Shown here: positions 63,527 to 64,000 of the stretch, in pieces
How the letters are laid out: each line of letters starts with the position of its first letter
How positions within the stretch are numbered: position 1 is the stretch's first letter
Assembly: GCA_003251795.1 (NCBI GenBank)
Contig: QKEI01000273.1
Location: 11,152-75,151, forward strand
DNA: 64,000 nt
Direction of reading: 5' to 3'
Source of the DNA: Candidatus Muproteobacteria bacterium
GTDB taxonomy: Bacteria > Pseudomonadota > Gammaproteobacteria > Acidiferrobacterales > SPGG2
Notes under the pieces: model-generated
The model's input: only the letters and a program-made list of their open reading frames with translations
The model's database searches: none
What the model was told of the DNA's origin: nothing
Made by a program: the position numbers and the translations under genes

Positions 63527-63614
63527 ACAGAGAACGCCACCGCCGGAGTCGCGCAGTAAACAGTCGCCAAGCGTAAACCACGCGCGGGCAGCGCGGCAAT
63601 GCAAAATGGCGCCT

Positions 63615-63992
63615 TTACGTCGCCGATACCGATTCGCCTCGAGCCGCCCGGAGGGCAGCCAAGCCGCCTTGCAAGACGTACACATCGAAACCGCGTTCGC
63701 TCAGGAGGAAAGCAGCCGCGGAGCTGCGATTTCCGGTCTCGCAATAAAGGACATAGCTACGCTCTGGATCTAGGCTGCCGGCTTTCAGTCGCAGCAAATA
63801 CAACGGCACATTGATACTGCCCTTTATGGCGCCGTGCCTATGCTCATCTTCGAGCCTTACATCCACCAATCCCGCGCCATTTTTGACCATCGTCTTTACT
63901 TCCGAGGCGTTTACCCATCGCACCAACGGCGCCTGCAATAATTCCTCGAAGTCTTGCTTCGACAATCGCATCACGACGCCGTCTGTCGCCAT
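63615..63992 (-). CDS. Rhodanese-domain protein (possibly the C-terminal part of a larger protein truncated by the window edge)
   Basis: VDVRLEDEHRHGAIKGSINVPL...YVLYCETGNRSSAAAFLLSERGF.VYVLQGGL is a rhodanese fold with the active-site loop CETGNRS. The reading frame stays open upstream of the ATG to the window end. Confidence 0.7.
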   Translation of the reverse strand: MATDGVVMRLSKQDFEELLQAPLVRWVNASEVKTMVKNGAGLVDVRLEDEHRHGAIKGSINVPLYLLRLKAGSLDPERSYVLYCETGNRSSAAAFLLSERGFDVYVLQGGLAALRAARGESVSAT

Positions 63993-64000
63993 GACAATGG

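Overview
This window reads as a largely core-genome segment of a GC-rich gammaproteobacterium, almost fully coding. All calls rest on reading the translated ORFs and the raw sequence, with no database searches. From left to right it holds:
- lepA (partial), then the sigma-E module rpoE-rseA-rseB.
- sdhCDAB fused to sdhE and a ygfX-like gene, with ygfZ divergent.
- ftsB, eno, pyrG, tilS, accA and dnaE.
- A complete type II secretion cluster, gspC to gspN.
- The classic envelope and translation block: rnhB-lpxB-lpxA-fabZ-lpxD-skp-bamA-rseP-dxr-cdsA-uppS-frr-pyrH-tsf-rpsB.
- map, glnD, and amiB-tsaE-nnr with queG opposite.
- A tightly coupled operon of four predicted lipoproteins.
- orn, a pterin carbinolamine dehydratase, and an ammonium transporter followed by an ECF sigma/anti-sigma pair.
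- recR-ybaB-dnaX preceded by the SRP (4.5S) RNA, then glcG-like and aldo/keto reductase genes, tRNA-Ser(GGA), and a rhodanese-domain ORF cut by the window edge.

No CRISPR array, transposase, integrase or phage genes were seen. The most interesting items are:
1. The uncharacterised four-lipoprotein operon at 51.7-55.3 kb, which has an exact 11-bp tandem repeat upstream.
2. The 11.4-kb T2SS cluster sitting inverted between rnhB and dnaE, which are normally adjacent. It is flanked by a 15/16-nt direct repeat.

Several ORF-track starts appear over-extended. They were trimmed using homologue N-termini, ribosome-binding sites and 4-nt stop/start overlaps.
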